DNA of 64,000 bases from Minisyncoccota bacterium (GCA_041651415.1 JBAZJH010000003.1:15309-79308), one strand, 5' to 3'. Counted from the first letter of the stretch, positions 9,808-19,122 are shown. The notes: a model not told the origin generated them from the letters alone. A program made the numbers and translations.

Positions 9808-10356
9808 TTACTCTTTAATTTCGGAAACTTTTTCTTCGAGCAAACTCTCCACTTTTTTATTTCCCTCATCAACGATTTTCTGGGCTCTTTCCTTATAGCG
9901 GAATTTTTGGTCTTCAGAAAAAGAATCGGTTTCTTCTTTTTCAACGATTTTTTTATTGACGGTGTCGCGGAGAGAACGGATTTTGATTCTCGCCTCTTCC
10001 GCTAATTTACTCGTCGCCTTAATCAAATCTTTTTTGCGCTCTTCGGTAAGCGGAGGAAGATTGATTCTAAGCAAGCTGCCGTCTGAGGAAGGGCTTAGTT
10101 CAATAGCTCCTTCAATGGCTTTAGAAACGGCCGAGATAAGCGATTTATCCCAAAGAGAAATGGAAATCTCGCGCGGAGGAGCGATAGAAATGGAGCCAAG
10201 CTGTTTTAAAAACATCCTCTCCCCGTAGACTTCAACTTTAATGTCTTCCACCAACTTTACAGTCGGGCGGTTGCCGCGAAGGGAAATAAACTCGGTTTTC
10301 AGGTCGCTCGCCACTTTTTCCACATTTATCTCAAATTCTTTAAGAATTTGTTCCAT
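9808..10356 (-). CDS. frr: ribosome recycling factor
   Basis: 182 aa, typical RRF length and sequence pattern (VKLVEDIKVEVYG...SPSSDG..LRINLPPLTEERRK). Confidence 0.9.
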   Translation of the reverse strand: MEQILKEFEINVEKVASDLKTEFISLRGNRPTVKLVEDIKVEVYGERMFLKQLGSISIAPPREISISLWDKSLISAVSKAIEGAIELSPSSDGSLLRINLPPLTEERKKDLIKATSKLAEEARIKIRSLRDTVNKKIVEKEETDSFSEDQKFRYKERAQKIVDEGNKKVESLLEEKVSEIKE

Positions 10357-10399
10357 ATTTATGATTATAGACGAAAAAAGAGCTCATGTCGAACGAAAA

Positions 10400-11131
10400 T
10401 TATTTTATATTATCGAGCAGAGAGAAAAGCTGGAGGCGGCGGTTCAAATTAAATTCGGAGAGGTCGGCGTTTTTTGAGAGGATTTTTTTCAAAACAGAGC
10501 TGTTTTTTTTCAAGTCTTTAGAAAGTTCAAAAATAAGAGAATCCAAAAAATCAGAACTGCTTTCGTGATTTTCATTTTTTTTGTCTTCTTCTAAAATTTT
10601 TTTCAAAATAGACATTTTAAGAGAGGGAGGGGCGGAAATAAATTTTTCGGCATCTTCTTTTTTTTTCAGAAGAGGCGTTTCTTTTTCCGGAAAAAAAACC
10701 AATTGAAAACGGGAAGCGATGGTTTTAAGAAGCGATTCCTTATTTTTAGAGAGAAGAATGATAAGGGAAGAAGAAAAAGGGTCTTCGCTGATTTTTAAAA
10801 GAGCGTTCCCCGCTTCTTTAGTGAGGCGTTCGGCGGATTTAATAGCAACAGTTCTTTTTGAGCTTGCGAAAGGTTTTTGCGAGAGAAAATTTTTTATTTC
10901 CCGAACTTCATCAATGCCGACAGAATTGCCGTTTTCGCCCAAGAAAAGAAAATCGGAAAGAGGCGGACTGCTTTCCTTTTCTTTATTTTCCAAAATTCTT
11001 GCCAAGTGAAGAACAAAACTTTCTTTAAGCGAAGAATCGCCGCCGTAAAAAATATAGCCGTGAGAAAGCTCCCCTTTCCCGATAAGAGAGCGGAAAGCGT
11101 CAAGCATTTTTAAAGCGAAGAGTTCGTCCAT
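10400..11131 (-). CDS. holB: DNA polymerase III delta-prime subunit-like (degenerate P-loop)
   Basis: AAA+ clamp-loader-like N-terminus (GELSHGYIFYGGDSS) with degenerate Walker A, typical of delta-prime. Confidence 0.45.
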   Translation of the reverse strand: MDELFALKMLDAFRSLIGKGELSHGYIFYGGDSSLKESFVLHLARILENKEKESSPPLSDFLFLGENGNSVGIDEVREIKNFLSQKPFASSKRTVAIKSAERLTKEAGNALLKISEDPFSSSLIILLSKNKESLLKTIASRFQLVFFPEKETPLLKKKEDAEKFISAPPSLKMSILKKILEEDKKNENHESSSDFLDSLIFELSKDLKKNSSVLKKILSKNADLSEFNLNRRLQLFSLLDNIK

Positions 11132-11135
11132 TAAG

Positions 11136-12143
11136 TTATCTTTTATTCAGGAGAGTCCTCTTATAAATATCCAAGTGGCTCAAAATAATTCCAGTGCCTT
11201 TAGCCACGCAATAAAGCGGCTCTTCCGCTTGATAAGTCGGAACGCCCAAAATTCTTTCGAAAAATTCATCAAGATTACGCAGGAGAGCACCGCCGCCCGA
11301 GAGAATAATTCCTTTATCCATAATATCGGCAACGAGCTCCGGCGGAGTGTTGTTAAAAACGCTTTGAACAGCGGAAGCAATGTCGTTTAAAAAATGCCCG
11401 AGAGCTTCAGCCATTTCGTTCGAGGTGACGATAAGATCTTTCGGCAAGCCGGAAATAAGGTCAAGGCCGCGAAGATTAAATTCCAATTTGTCTTTCAAGG
11501 GAAGAGCCGAGCCGATGGAAATTTTTACGTTTTCCGCCATTTGTTCGCCGATAGACAATGAATGCTTCTTTTTAATGTAGTCAATTATGGATTGGTCAAA
11601 TTTATTGCCGGCAACGCGGAGAGATTCCCAAGCAACGATGCCGCCCAAAGAAACAACGGCGACTTCGGCGGTGCCGCCGCCGATATTAACAATCATATTA
11701 CCGCAGTGAGAATTAATAGGAATGCCGGCGCCGAGAGCCGCCAAAATCGGTTCGCGGACAATAAAGACTTCTTTGGCGCCAGCTTCTTTCGCCGCATTCA
11801 TAACTGCGCGGCGCTCAGTCGGAGTGATGCCAGCCGGAACGGAAATAACAACTTCGGGGCGGATAACGTTAAAACGGCCGACAGCTTTATTGATAAAATA
11901 AGAAAGCATCGCTTTCGTAATGTAATAGTCGGCAATGACGCCGTCTTTTAAGGGGCGGTAAGAAATAATGTCTTCGGGAGTGCGGCCAAGCATTTCTTTA
12001 GCTTCACGGCCGACAGCCAAAACTTTATTTTCCGGTTTAGTAAGCGCAACGATAGTCGGTTCATTGATAATAAATCCCCGTCCCGGAACGAAGACGATAG
12101 TATTAGCAGTGCCAAGGTCGATGCCTATTTTTTTAGTGAACAT
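11136..12143 (-). CDS. MreB/Mbl actin-like paralog
   Basis: IGIDLGTANTIVF, NIGGGTAEV motifs; second MreB homolog in window. Confidence 0.85.
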   Translation of the reverse strand: MFTKKIGIDLGTANTIVFVPGRGFIINEPTIVALTKPENKVLAVGREAKEMLGRTPEDIISYRPLKDGVIADYYITKAMLSYFINKAVGRFNVIRPEVVISVPAGITPTERRAVMNAAKEAGAKEVFIVREPILAALGAGIPINSHCGNMIVNIGGGTAEVAVVSLGGIVAWESLRVAGNKFDQSIIDYIKKKHSLSIGEQMAENVKISIGSALPLKDKLEFNLRGLDLISGLPKDLIVTSNEMAEALGHFLNDIASAVQSVFNNTPPELVADIMDKGIILSGGGALLRNLDEFFERILGVPTYQAEEPLYCVAKGTGIILSHLDIYKRTLLNKR

Positions 12144-12240
12144 GATATTAAGTTAAAAGTTCATAAAGTTTGTAAAGTTTGTAAAGTTAAAAGTTCGTAA
12201 AGTTGAAAGTTCGTAAAGTTTGCAAGGTTAAAAGTTTAAA
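12144..12240. repeat. phased AAAGTT/AACTTT decamer array immediately upstream of mreB-paralog start
   Basis: gtaaagtttgtaaagtttgtaaagttaaaagttcgtaaagttgaaagttcgtaaagttt: about 10 units at about 10-nt period ending 5 nt before ATG; related arrays at 2591-2626, 7071-7108, 25515-25600, 26615-26645, 27508-27590 and a palindromic copy inside 23S at 60815-60895. Confidence 0.6.
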
Positions 12241-12271
12241 GCAAGACAGATTAGAAAATAAAAATCATTAA

Positions 12272-13573
12272 TTAATCAACTCTTTTAATATCGGCGCCGA
12301 GAGCTTGCAAACGTTCGTCTATTTTATAATAACCGCGGTCGATTTCCTCGATGCCGTCGATTTCGGAAGTTCCTTCCGCGACGAGAGCGGCAATCACGTG
12401 AGCCATGCCGGCGCGAAGGTCTTGGACTTTTAGATAGATTCCTTTTAAAGCGGAGGGGCCGGAAATGACGGCGCTGTGGGAAAAATTTTTTCCCTTGAAA
12501 CGGCAAGGCAGTTCGCCAAGACAGCGCGTAAACACTTTAATGTCCGCGCCCATTAAATTCAAGTCGCGAGTATAAAGGAAGCGGTCTTCATAAATCGTTT
12601 CATGGACAATAGAAACTCCTTTCGCCTGAGTCAAAAGAACCACAAAAGGCTGCTGCCAATCGGTCATAAAGCCGGGATGAGTGTCCGTTTCAATTTCCAA
12701 ACCTTCCAGTTTTCCGTTCTTGCGAAAAAAAGAAATGCCTTCGTTATTTTTAATTTCATATTCTCCTCCCACCTTGCGGATAGCGTTTAAAAAAGTGAGG
12801 AGATGGTCTTGAAGAGCGCCGCGCACAAAAACATTTCCATCAGTTGCAACAGCCAAGCAAGCGAAAGAAACCGCCTCATTTCTGTCAGGAAGAAGAAAAT
12901 GAGAAGCACCATGAAGACAGGAAACGCCATCGATAAAAATTTTGCGATTAGCGCCAAGTTCAATAATAGCTCCCATTTTTTGAAGCATTTTTATAAGGTC
13001 GATAACTTCCGGTTCAATGGCGGCATTTTCAATAACAGTGCGGCCGGACGCCAAGACGGCGGCTAAAATGATATTTTCCGTAGCGCCGACAGAAGGAAAA
13101 TCAAGAACAATGCGCGCGCCTTTCAAGCCGGTTTTAGCGGAGGCCCGATAGCAGTTTTCCAAAACTTCGATTTCCGCTCCCATCATTTTTAAAGATTCAA
13201 GATGAAGATTAACAGGGCGAGGGCCGATTTTGTCTCCACCTAAAATGGGAACTTCCGCAACGCCAGACCTTGAGAGAAGCGGGCCAAGAGCCAGAATAGG
13301 AATGCGATTTTTTCTAGAGAGAGAAGAAACGCGGAAATTTTTTATTTCCGGAGTCTCTATTTTTAAAGAATCGGGGGAAAAAGCAATCTTGCTTCCGATT
13401 TCGCGGCAAAGTTCGGCGGTTATTTCAATATCGCCAATTTTAGGGAAGTTAAAAAGCTCGCAAGGTTCATTGGTTAATAAAGAAGCGACCATGGCTTTAG
13501 AAGCGGCGTTTTTCGCTCCGAGAAGCGAAACCTCGCCAGAAAGCTTGTTTTTTCCACCGATTATGAATTTCAT
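12272..13573 (-). CDS. murA: UDP-N-acetylglucosamine 1-carboxyvinyltransferase
   Basis: MKFIIGGKNKLSGEVSLLGAKNAASK... canonical MurA N-terminus and length. Confidence 0.9.
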   Translation of the reverse strand: MKFIIGGKNKLSGEVSLLGAKNAASKAMVASLLTNEPCELFNFPKIGDIEITAELCREIGSKIAFSPDSLKIETPEIKNFRVSSLSRKNRIPILALGPLLSRSGVAEVPILGGDKIGPRPVNLHLESLKMMGAEIEVLENCYRASAKTGLKGARIVLDFPSVGATENIILAAVLASGRTVIENAAIEPEVIDLIKMLQKMGAIIELGANRKIFIDGVSCLHGASHFLLPDRNEAVSFACLAVATDGNVFVRGALQDHLLTFLNAIRKVGGEYEIKNNEGISFFRKNGKLEGLEIETDTHPGFMTDWQQPFVVLLTQAKGVSIVHETIYEDRFLYTRDLNLMGADIKVFTRCLGELPCRFKGKNFSHSAVISGPSALKGIYLKVQDLRAGMAHVIAALVAEGTSEIDGIEEIDRGYYKIDERLQALGADIKRVD

Positions 13574-13613
13574 GCTTTGACTAAATGGTTTTTCTTATAC
13601 TATAGTAATCTCT

Positions 13614-14954
13614 ATGACACGTAAAGCTAGAAGATTATTGTTTTATTTTCTGTTTGCGGCTTTTTTATTAATAGGCACTTTAGTTGTTTTTTATTCCATG
13701 GGCTGGAGAGTCGATTTTGACGACTTTACTTTAAAACAGACGGGAGGGATTTTTATTAAATCAAAGCCAAGAGAGATAGGAATAGAAATAGACGGAAAAG
13801 CGGTAGAACAGAGAAAGTGGCTGCTCGTATCCGGAACTCTTATAAAAAATCTGCTGCCAAAAACTTACGAAGTAAAAATAAGCAAAGACGGGTTCAGGGA
13901 TTGGAAAAATGAAATACCGGTTACAGCCAAAACGGTTTCAGAAATAAACGACACCGTTCTCTTACCAAAAGATTTTATTTTTGAGACAGCAGCATCATCA
14001 ACAAAAAATTTCTGGGTGGAAGAAGGAAAACTCGTAACTCTAAATAAAAAACTAGGATATAAAGAAAACTCATTTTCCGGAAGCAAATTTATCGGATTTT
14101 TAGGAAACGATAAAAAAGCGATCACTTACGATGAAAAGCAAAAAGCATATATATTAAATAATTTAGAGAAGAAAACAACTTCAAACTTAAGCCTGATTTT
14201 TTCCAATTTGAGGAAAAAAGACAGTGCGATAAAAGACCGTTCGGCGATAGAAAGGGTTATAACAAGAGAAGGAAACGAAGAAGAAGTCGCGGTGATTTCC
14301 AAAGAAGCAATCTATTCCATGAATATAGTTAAACCGGAGATTATTCAGCTTGAAAAGAAAACAGGAGGACTGGCGGATATCGGAAGCGAGAGATTTCTGC
14401 TTTTAGGCGCGGGAGAAAAAATAACTTTGTTTGATTTAACTTCCAAAGAAAAGGTTTATCAAAAAAGCATCGAAGGAGAAACGGCAAAAAGAGTGGAAAT
14501 GAACGAGATACAGAATGCCGGGGTTTTAATGGAAAGCGGGAATTTGTTTTACATAAAAGGAACGGAAATAAAGCAGATAGCGGAAGGAGTTTCCGTTTTC
14601 GCCTTAAATCAAAAAGATAGAATCGCCTTTATAGACAAAGACAAAAAAATAAAAATATATAATGCCGAAAAAGACAAAACAATCGAGGCGGAAATTCTTA
14701 ATCCGGAAAATATTCTAAGCCTGAACTTTTTGGAAGACAACCATATTTTAGCCGAGTATTCAGACGCTGTTTATCTTCTTGAAACAGCCAGCGAGAATCT
14801 GGAGCTAAAAGATTATTCTTTTTACTTTGAAAGAATAGCCGGATTTTCCGAAGCAATAAACAAATTTTATTTCGACAAAAACAGCAAAGAAATTTATATC
14901 TTAGACGGAGAAGGAAACTTGAAAAGATTAGATTATTTTAAGAATTCGCTTTAA
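13614..14954 (+). CDS. membrane-anchored PEGA-domain protein, hypothetical
   Basis: N-terminal TM helix, PEGA-like segment (KSKPREIGIEIDGKAV...YEVKISKDGFRDW), long beta-rich C-terminal region; TATACTATAGT -10-like element adjacent to ATG. Confidence 0.5.
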   Translation: MTRKARRLLFYFLFAAFLLIGTLVVFYSMGWRVDFDDFTLKQTGGIFIKSKPREIGIEIDGKAVEQRKWLLVSGTLIKNLLPKTYEVKISKDGFRDWKNEIPVTAKTVSEINDTVLLPKDFIFETAASSTKNFWVEEGKLVTLNKKLGYKENSFSGSKFIGFLGNDKKAITYDEKQKAYILNNLEKKTTSNLSLIFSNLRKKDSAIKDRSAIERVITREGNEEEVAVISKEAIYSMNIVKPEIIQLEKKTGGLADIGSERFLLLGAGEKITLFDLTSKEKVYQKSIEGETAKRVEMNEIQNAGVLMESGNLFYIKGTEIKQIAEGVSVFALNQKDRIAFIDKDKKIKIYNAEKDKTIEAEILNPENILSLNFLEDNHILAEYSDAVYLLETASENLELKDYSFYFERIAGFSEAINKFYFDKNSKEIYILDGEGNLKRLDYFKNSL

Positions 14955-15354
14955 AGCCGCGCAAGGCGCTATGAATGAAGCGAGCGGAGAAACCGCCTAT
15001 CAGGTCAAAAAGGAGGTCGCCAAGCGTATCCTGCAAGCTAATTTGACTCAAAGGCATAACGCCGCGATCGGCAAAGAAATAATCAAGAAAATATTCAAAA
15101 AATTCCCAAAGAACGCCAACTAAAGCGACGAAGCCCAAGACGATTATAAAATCAACAAAAAAATTATTTTTTCCAATAAGAAAAGGGAGGTTTTTCCTTG
15201 CCCAGAGAAAGAAAACAGCAATAAAAAAACCGCCTAAAAAATGCATAGGAATATCAAGCCAGCTCAAACTCCAATACCAACTCCGCCAAGTGCCGACTAT
15301 GTGAGTAAAAACAATAACCAAAAAAAGCGTAGAGAGAAATTTTATGTTGTCCAT
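14938..15354 (-). CDS. hypothetical polytopic membrane protein
   Basis: 138 aa with about 4 TM segments, Trp/Phe-rich. Confidence 0.4.
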   Translation of the reverse strand: MDNIKFLSTLFLVIVFTHIVGTWRSWYWSLSWLDIPMHFLGGFFIAVFFLWARKNLPFLIGKNNFFVDFIIVLGFVALVGVLWEFFEYFLDYFFADRGVMPLSQISLQDTLGDLLFDLIGGFSARFIHSALRGFKANS

Positions 15355-15552
15355 AGGGTTTTAATTATAGCAGAAAATTAATTTTAACTAAAAATCGGCA
15401 AGAAGCCGATTTTTAATTTTTATAATCAAATTTAATGTTTTCTCTAAAGTAGGTTTGGATTCTCGCCTGCGCGGGAATGACCCAGAGAAAACTAGCGTTT
15501 TATCAAAAAAGATAAGGAAGCTCCGACCAAAGTCGGAGCACAGTGGAGAAAA

Positions 15553-15966
15553 CTAGCGTTTTCTCCACTGTGGAGCGCGGCGGGCTTTTTTCAAACCAAA
15601 TTTCTTTCTCTCCACCATTCTCGGGTCGCGTTTCAAAAAACCGGCAGCTTTCAAATTTTTTCGAAGTTCCGGGTCCTTTAAAATAAGAGCGCGGGAAAGA
15701 CCATGGCGAACAGCTTCCGCTTGAGAAGAAGGACCGCCTCCTTTAACCAAAACACTCATTCCCAATTTTCCGAAGAGTCCGGTTAATTTAAGCGGGTCGG
15801 AAACAATTTTTTGGAACTTCTTTAAAGGAAAATATTTTTCTAAAGAGCGGCTGTTGACAGAAATATCGGAACCGGAAAAAATTCTGACTCGAGCGACAGA
15901 GGTTTTTCGACGGCCAACGCCGGCAAAATATTTTCCGGAAACTTTGGTTTTTTTAACTTCTTTTTC
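15553..15966 (-). CDS. rpsI: 30S ribosomal protein S9
   Basis: GVGRRKTSVARV and C-terminal ARRAPQWRKR; stop codon embedded in a perfect 15-bp hairpin. Confidence 0.9.
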   Translation of the reverse strand, partial: EKEVKKTKVSGKYFAGVGRRKTSVARVRIFSGSDISVNSRSLEKYFPLKKFQKIVSDPLKLTGLFGKLGMSVLVKGGGPSSQAEAVRHGLSRALILKDPELRKNLKAAGFLKRDPRMVERKKFGLKKARRAPQWRKR

Positions 15967-15973
15967 CATAAAA

Positions 15974-16318
15974 TTATTCTTCAATAATCAACTTTTTAAT
16001 TCTGACATTTCTTAATTTATTATCAGGAAGCATGCCGATAACCGCTTTTCTGATAATTTCAGAGATTCCTTTTTTAGCAACCAAATCTTTAAAGAAAATC
16101 TTTCTAATACCGCCTAGAAATCCAGAGTGGCGGAAATAATATTTTTTATCTTCTTTCTTGCCGCTTAGTTCAATCATCTTGGCATTTTTAACAATAACTC
16201 GAACATCGCCGGCTTTATTTTTTTCATAACTGGACTGATTTTTTCCCTGCAGAGCAGTCGCCGCTTCAGAAGCAAGACGCCCTAATTTTTTATTTTTTGC
16301 ATCAATAATGTAATCCAT
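15974..16318 (-). CDS. rplM: 50S ribosomal protein L13
   Basis: MDYIIDAKNKKLGRLAS... L13 N-terminus; start at internal Met to avoid overlap with rplQ. Confidence 0.9.
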   Translation of the reverse strand: MDYIIDAKNKKLGRLASEAATALQGKNQSSYEKNKAGDVRVIVKNAKMIELSGKKEDKKYYFRHSGFLGGIRKIFFKDLVAKKGISEIIRKAVIGMLPDNKLRNVRIKKLIIEE

Positions 16319-16319
16319 A

Positions 16320-16670
16320 TTAAACAAATTCAATAATGGCAATTTTTCCGCCGTCCCTTTTTCTGAAAGAATCAGTTTTGGTTATACGCAAAAATCCTCC
16401 GGCGCGTTTTTGATATTTGGGAGCGATTTCAAAGTAAAGCTTTTCGGCAGAACTTTTATCAAGTTTAGCGAGAAGGCGACGAAAATCAGCAAGAGTCTGT
16501 TTTTTAGCGACAGAAACAAGGCGTTCAACAAACGGCCTGATGGATTTGGCGCGCGCTTCAGTGGTTTCGATTTTTCCCTTTTTAATCAAATTGCCAGCCA
16601 AGCCTTTAAGAAAGGCCTTACGCTGCCCTTTTTTTCTGCCAAATTTTCTGCCTTCTTTTCCGTGAATCAT
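16320..16670 (-). CDS. rplQ: 50S ribosomal protein L17
   Basis: MIHGKEGRKFGRKKGQRKA... L17 N-terminus. Confidence 0.9.
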   Translation of the reverse strand: MIHGKEGRKFGRKKGQRKAFLKGLAGNLIKKGKIETTEARAKSIRPFVERLVSVAKKQTLADFRRLLAKLDKSSAEKLYFEIAPKYQKRAGGFLRITKTDSFRKRDGGKIAIIEFV

Positions 16671-16679
16671 GATAAAAAA

Positions 16680-17450
16680 TTATTTTTTACTTTTTTTCTT
16701 TTTAGTTTCCTTTTTGCCGGATTCTTCCGAATCTTCTTCCGCCGCAGTTTCTTTATCTTTGAAAAAATCGGAAATGACGGCAAAATGGTCTTTTAAAATT
16801 TCAGCTGACTTGAACAGCGCCACCGAAGGAAGAATAGTGCCATCAGTGAAAATCTCAAAATTTATTTTGTTGTAGTCAGTGCGGTCGCCGACGCGGATAT
16901 TGTCGATAGTATAATTAACTTTTATAACCGGAGAGAAGAAAGCGTCGATAGCAATATTGCCGACAGAGAGTTTTTCGTCTTTTCTCGTATCCGCCGGAGA
17001 ATAACCCAATCCTTTCTCCACTGTCAATTCCATTTCCAGTTCGGCTCCTTTAGCAGAAAGAGTGGCGATATGCTCGTCGGGATTAGCAATTTCAATATCG
17101 GAATTGAGTTTAATATCTTTTCCAGTCACTTCTTTTTCTCCTTTTATCTTAAGCTCAAGAATTTGCGGCTCATCGGCATACATCTTGAATTTTAACTTTT
17201 TTAAATTAAGAGTGAGTTCAATAACATCCTCAACCACGCCATCAATCGTGGAAAATTCATGATTAACCCCTTTGATTTTTATATAGGTGATGGCAGAGCC
17301 GGGAAGAGAAGAAAGAAGAATTCTTCTCAAAGAATTTCCAATAGTTAAGCCATAACCCGGATAAAGTCCGGAAATGGAAAATTCCCCCCTTTTTTCGGAT
17401 TCGGAAATTTTTTTAATTTCGATAGATTCGCCCAAGTTTAAATAATTCAT
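16680..17450 (-). CDS. rpoA: DNA-directed RNA polymerase alpha subunit, N-terminal domain only (no alpha-CTD)
   Basis: Alpha-NTD dimerisation/assembly sequence present; protein ends at 256 aa with acidic then Lys-rich tail instead of the about 80-aa CTD. Confidence 0.85.
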   Translation of the reverse strand: MNYLNLGESIEIKKISESEKRGEFSISGLYPGYGLTIGNSLRRILLSSLPGSAITYIKIKGVNHEFSTIDGVVEDVIELTLNLKKLKFKMYADEPQILELKIKGEKEVTGKDIKLNSDIEIANPDEHIATLSAKGAELEMELTVEKGLGYSPADTRKDEKLSVGNIAIDAFFSPVIKVNYTIDNIRVGDRTDYNKINFEIFTDGTILPSVALFKSAEILKDHFAVISDFFKDKETAAEEDSEESGKKETKKKKSKK

Positions 17451-17475
17451 ATGAAAAAATAAAAAATTATAAAAA

Positions 17476-18108
17476 TTATTTTGAATAAAATTCCGTTATT
17501 AAATTGACATCGAAAGGAAGTTCGACATCAACCGGAAGAGAGCTTATTTTGCCTCCCAAAATAGAGGGATCGACCACAAGCCAAATAGGAGCATCATATT
17601 TTTCAAGCTTCTCTTTCAAATTTTTGAAAATAGTTTTGTCCTTTGAATTTTGGTTTATAGAAACCACATCTTTAACTTTAACCTGAAAATTAGGAAAAGT
17701 AACCTTGCGGCCATTGACGGAAATATGCCCGTCTAAAATTATTTTTCTCGCGATTATTCTTGTTTGAGCAAGACCCATGCGGAAAACAACATTATCAAGC
17801 CGGCGTTCCAGAACATTAATCAAACATTCTTTAGTGTTAGTTTTGGCTTTAATAGCTTTTTTGAAAATTTCCACCAGCTGGTTTTCGCTCAAACCATAAG
17901 ATATTTTCATCTTCTGTTTTTCCTTAAGCTGGAGACCAAAGTCGGAAAGCGCTTTTACTCCCCTTTTGCGGTTATTGCCATGCTGCCCCGGTTTATAAGG
18001 CTTTTTTACCATAGCTGATTTCGGACTTAAAGACCGCTCAGCTTTCAAGCCTAATCTTTCTCCCAAAGCTCTCTCTTTTTTTTCTTTTGGACCTCTTAAT
18101 AAAAGCAT
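17476..18108 (-). CDS. rpsD: 30S ribosomal protein S4
   Basis: KKPYKPGQHG motif and S4 domain. Confidence 0.9.
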   Translation of the reverse strand: MLLLRGPKEKKERALGERLGLKAERSLSPKSAMVKKPYKPGQHGNNRKRGVKALSDFGLQLKEKQKMKISYGLSENQLVEIFKKAIKAKTNTKECLINVLERRLDNVVFRMGLAQTRIIARKIILDGHISVNGRKVTFPNFQVKVKDVVSINQNSKDKTIFKNLKEKLEKYDAPIWLVVDPSILGGKISSLPVDVELPFDVNLITEFYSK

Positions 18109-18114
18109 ATTTTT

Positions 18115-18567
18115 TTAAACTCTTCTTACTTTTTTAGGACGCGGACCGTTGTGCGGAATCGGCGTAACGTCATTAATGGAAAGAATATTGAAACCCTGGT
18201 TAACAAACGACCTAATAGTGGAATCACGGCCAGTGCCAATGCCTTTTATAAAAATATCGATATTAACCGGACCAGACTTTTTCAGCTTTTCAGAAAGAGC
18301 GGCAACGATTTTAGAAGCGGCAAAAGGAGTGGCTTTTTTAGGCCCATTGAAGCCGAGAGAGCCGGCGGAAGCCCAAGCAATAACCCCGCCTTTTTCATTA
18401 GTAACGGTGATAACAGTGTTGTTGTAAGAAGCATTAACGTAAACCCGTCCGTTTTCTATTCTTTTAGAAACAGCTTTACTTTTGGCTTTTTCAACGGCAG
18501 ATTCCACAACTCCTGCTTCTTTTATAGCTTCTTCTTTTGTTTGGCTGACTATTTTTTTCTTTCCCAT
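18115..18567 (-). CDS. rpsK: 30S ribosomal protein S11
   Basis: RVYVNASYNNTVITVTNEKGGVIAWASAG...KKVRRV. Confidence 0.9.
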   Translation of the reverse strand: MGKKKIVSQTKEEAIKEAGVVESAVEKAKSKAVSKRIENGRVYVNASYNNTVITVTNEKGGVIAWASAGSLGFNGPKKATPFAASKIVAALSEKLKKSGPVNIDIFIKGIGTGRDSTIRSFVNQGFNILSINDVTPIPHNGPRPKKVRRV

Positions 18568-18592
18568 GTTAGAAAATTAAAATTTAGAAATA

Positions 18593-18976
18593 TTATCTTA
18601 ACTCGACTTTGCGTTTTCCGCTACCGGCAGTTTTTCTGACATTGCCGCGAATAGTGCGACTGTTTCTTTTAGTGCTTTGGCCGCGAACCGGAAGATTCCG
18701 GCTGTGACGATTGCCGCGATAAGAACGAATATCTTTTAAACGCTGAATGTTTTGCTTGATTATCTGGCGAAGCTCTCCTTCGGTTTTTAAATTATTTTCC
18801 AAATAATTCTGAATTTTAGCAACTTCCTCAGAAGAAAGGTCTTTGGCTCTTTTTTCCAAATCAATTTTAATTTCTGAGAGAACTTTAATAGCCAAAGTTC
18901 GGCCGACTCCGTAGATGTAAGTGAGAGCTATTTTTACCTTTTTATTATCCGGTATTTCAACTCCTGAAACGCGCAT
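18593..18976 (-). CDS. rpsM: 30S ribosomal protein S13
   Basis: MRVSGVEIPDNKKVKIALTYIYGVG. Confidence 0.9.
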   Translation of the reverse strand: MRVSGVEIPDNKKVKIALTYIYGVGRTLAIKVLSEIKIDLEKRAKDLSSEEVAKIQNYLENNLKTEGELRQIIKQNIQRLKDIRSYRGNRHSRNLPVRGQSTKRNSRTIRGNVRKTAGSGKRKVELR

Positions 18977-18993
18977 ATTTTAAAAAAAATAAA

Positions 18994-19107
18994 TTAACCT
19001 TGGCGCTGTTTGTGCCGAGGATTTTTGCAAATAACATAAACTCGCCCTTTTCTTCTTATGGTTTTGCAATTTTTGCATCTTTTTTTAACTGAAGATTGAA
19101 CTTTCAT
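18994..19107 (-). CDS. rpmJ: 50S ribosomal protein L36
   Basis: Not in ORF track (too short); manual translation gives [37 protein letters not shown]. Confidence 0.85.
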   Translation of the reverse strand: MKVQSSVKKRCKNCKTIRRKGRVYVICKNPRHKQRQG

Positions 19108-19122
19108 TATTTTAAAAACAAA

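Noticed and set aside
12144-12240. Possible CRISPR array (short direct repeats)
   Set aside because: Units are about 10 nt, contiguous with no unique spacers, and recur as short arrays upstream of many genes; not CRISPR-like and no cas genes present
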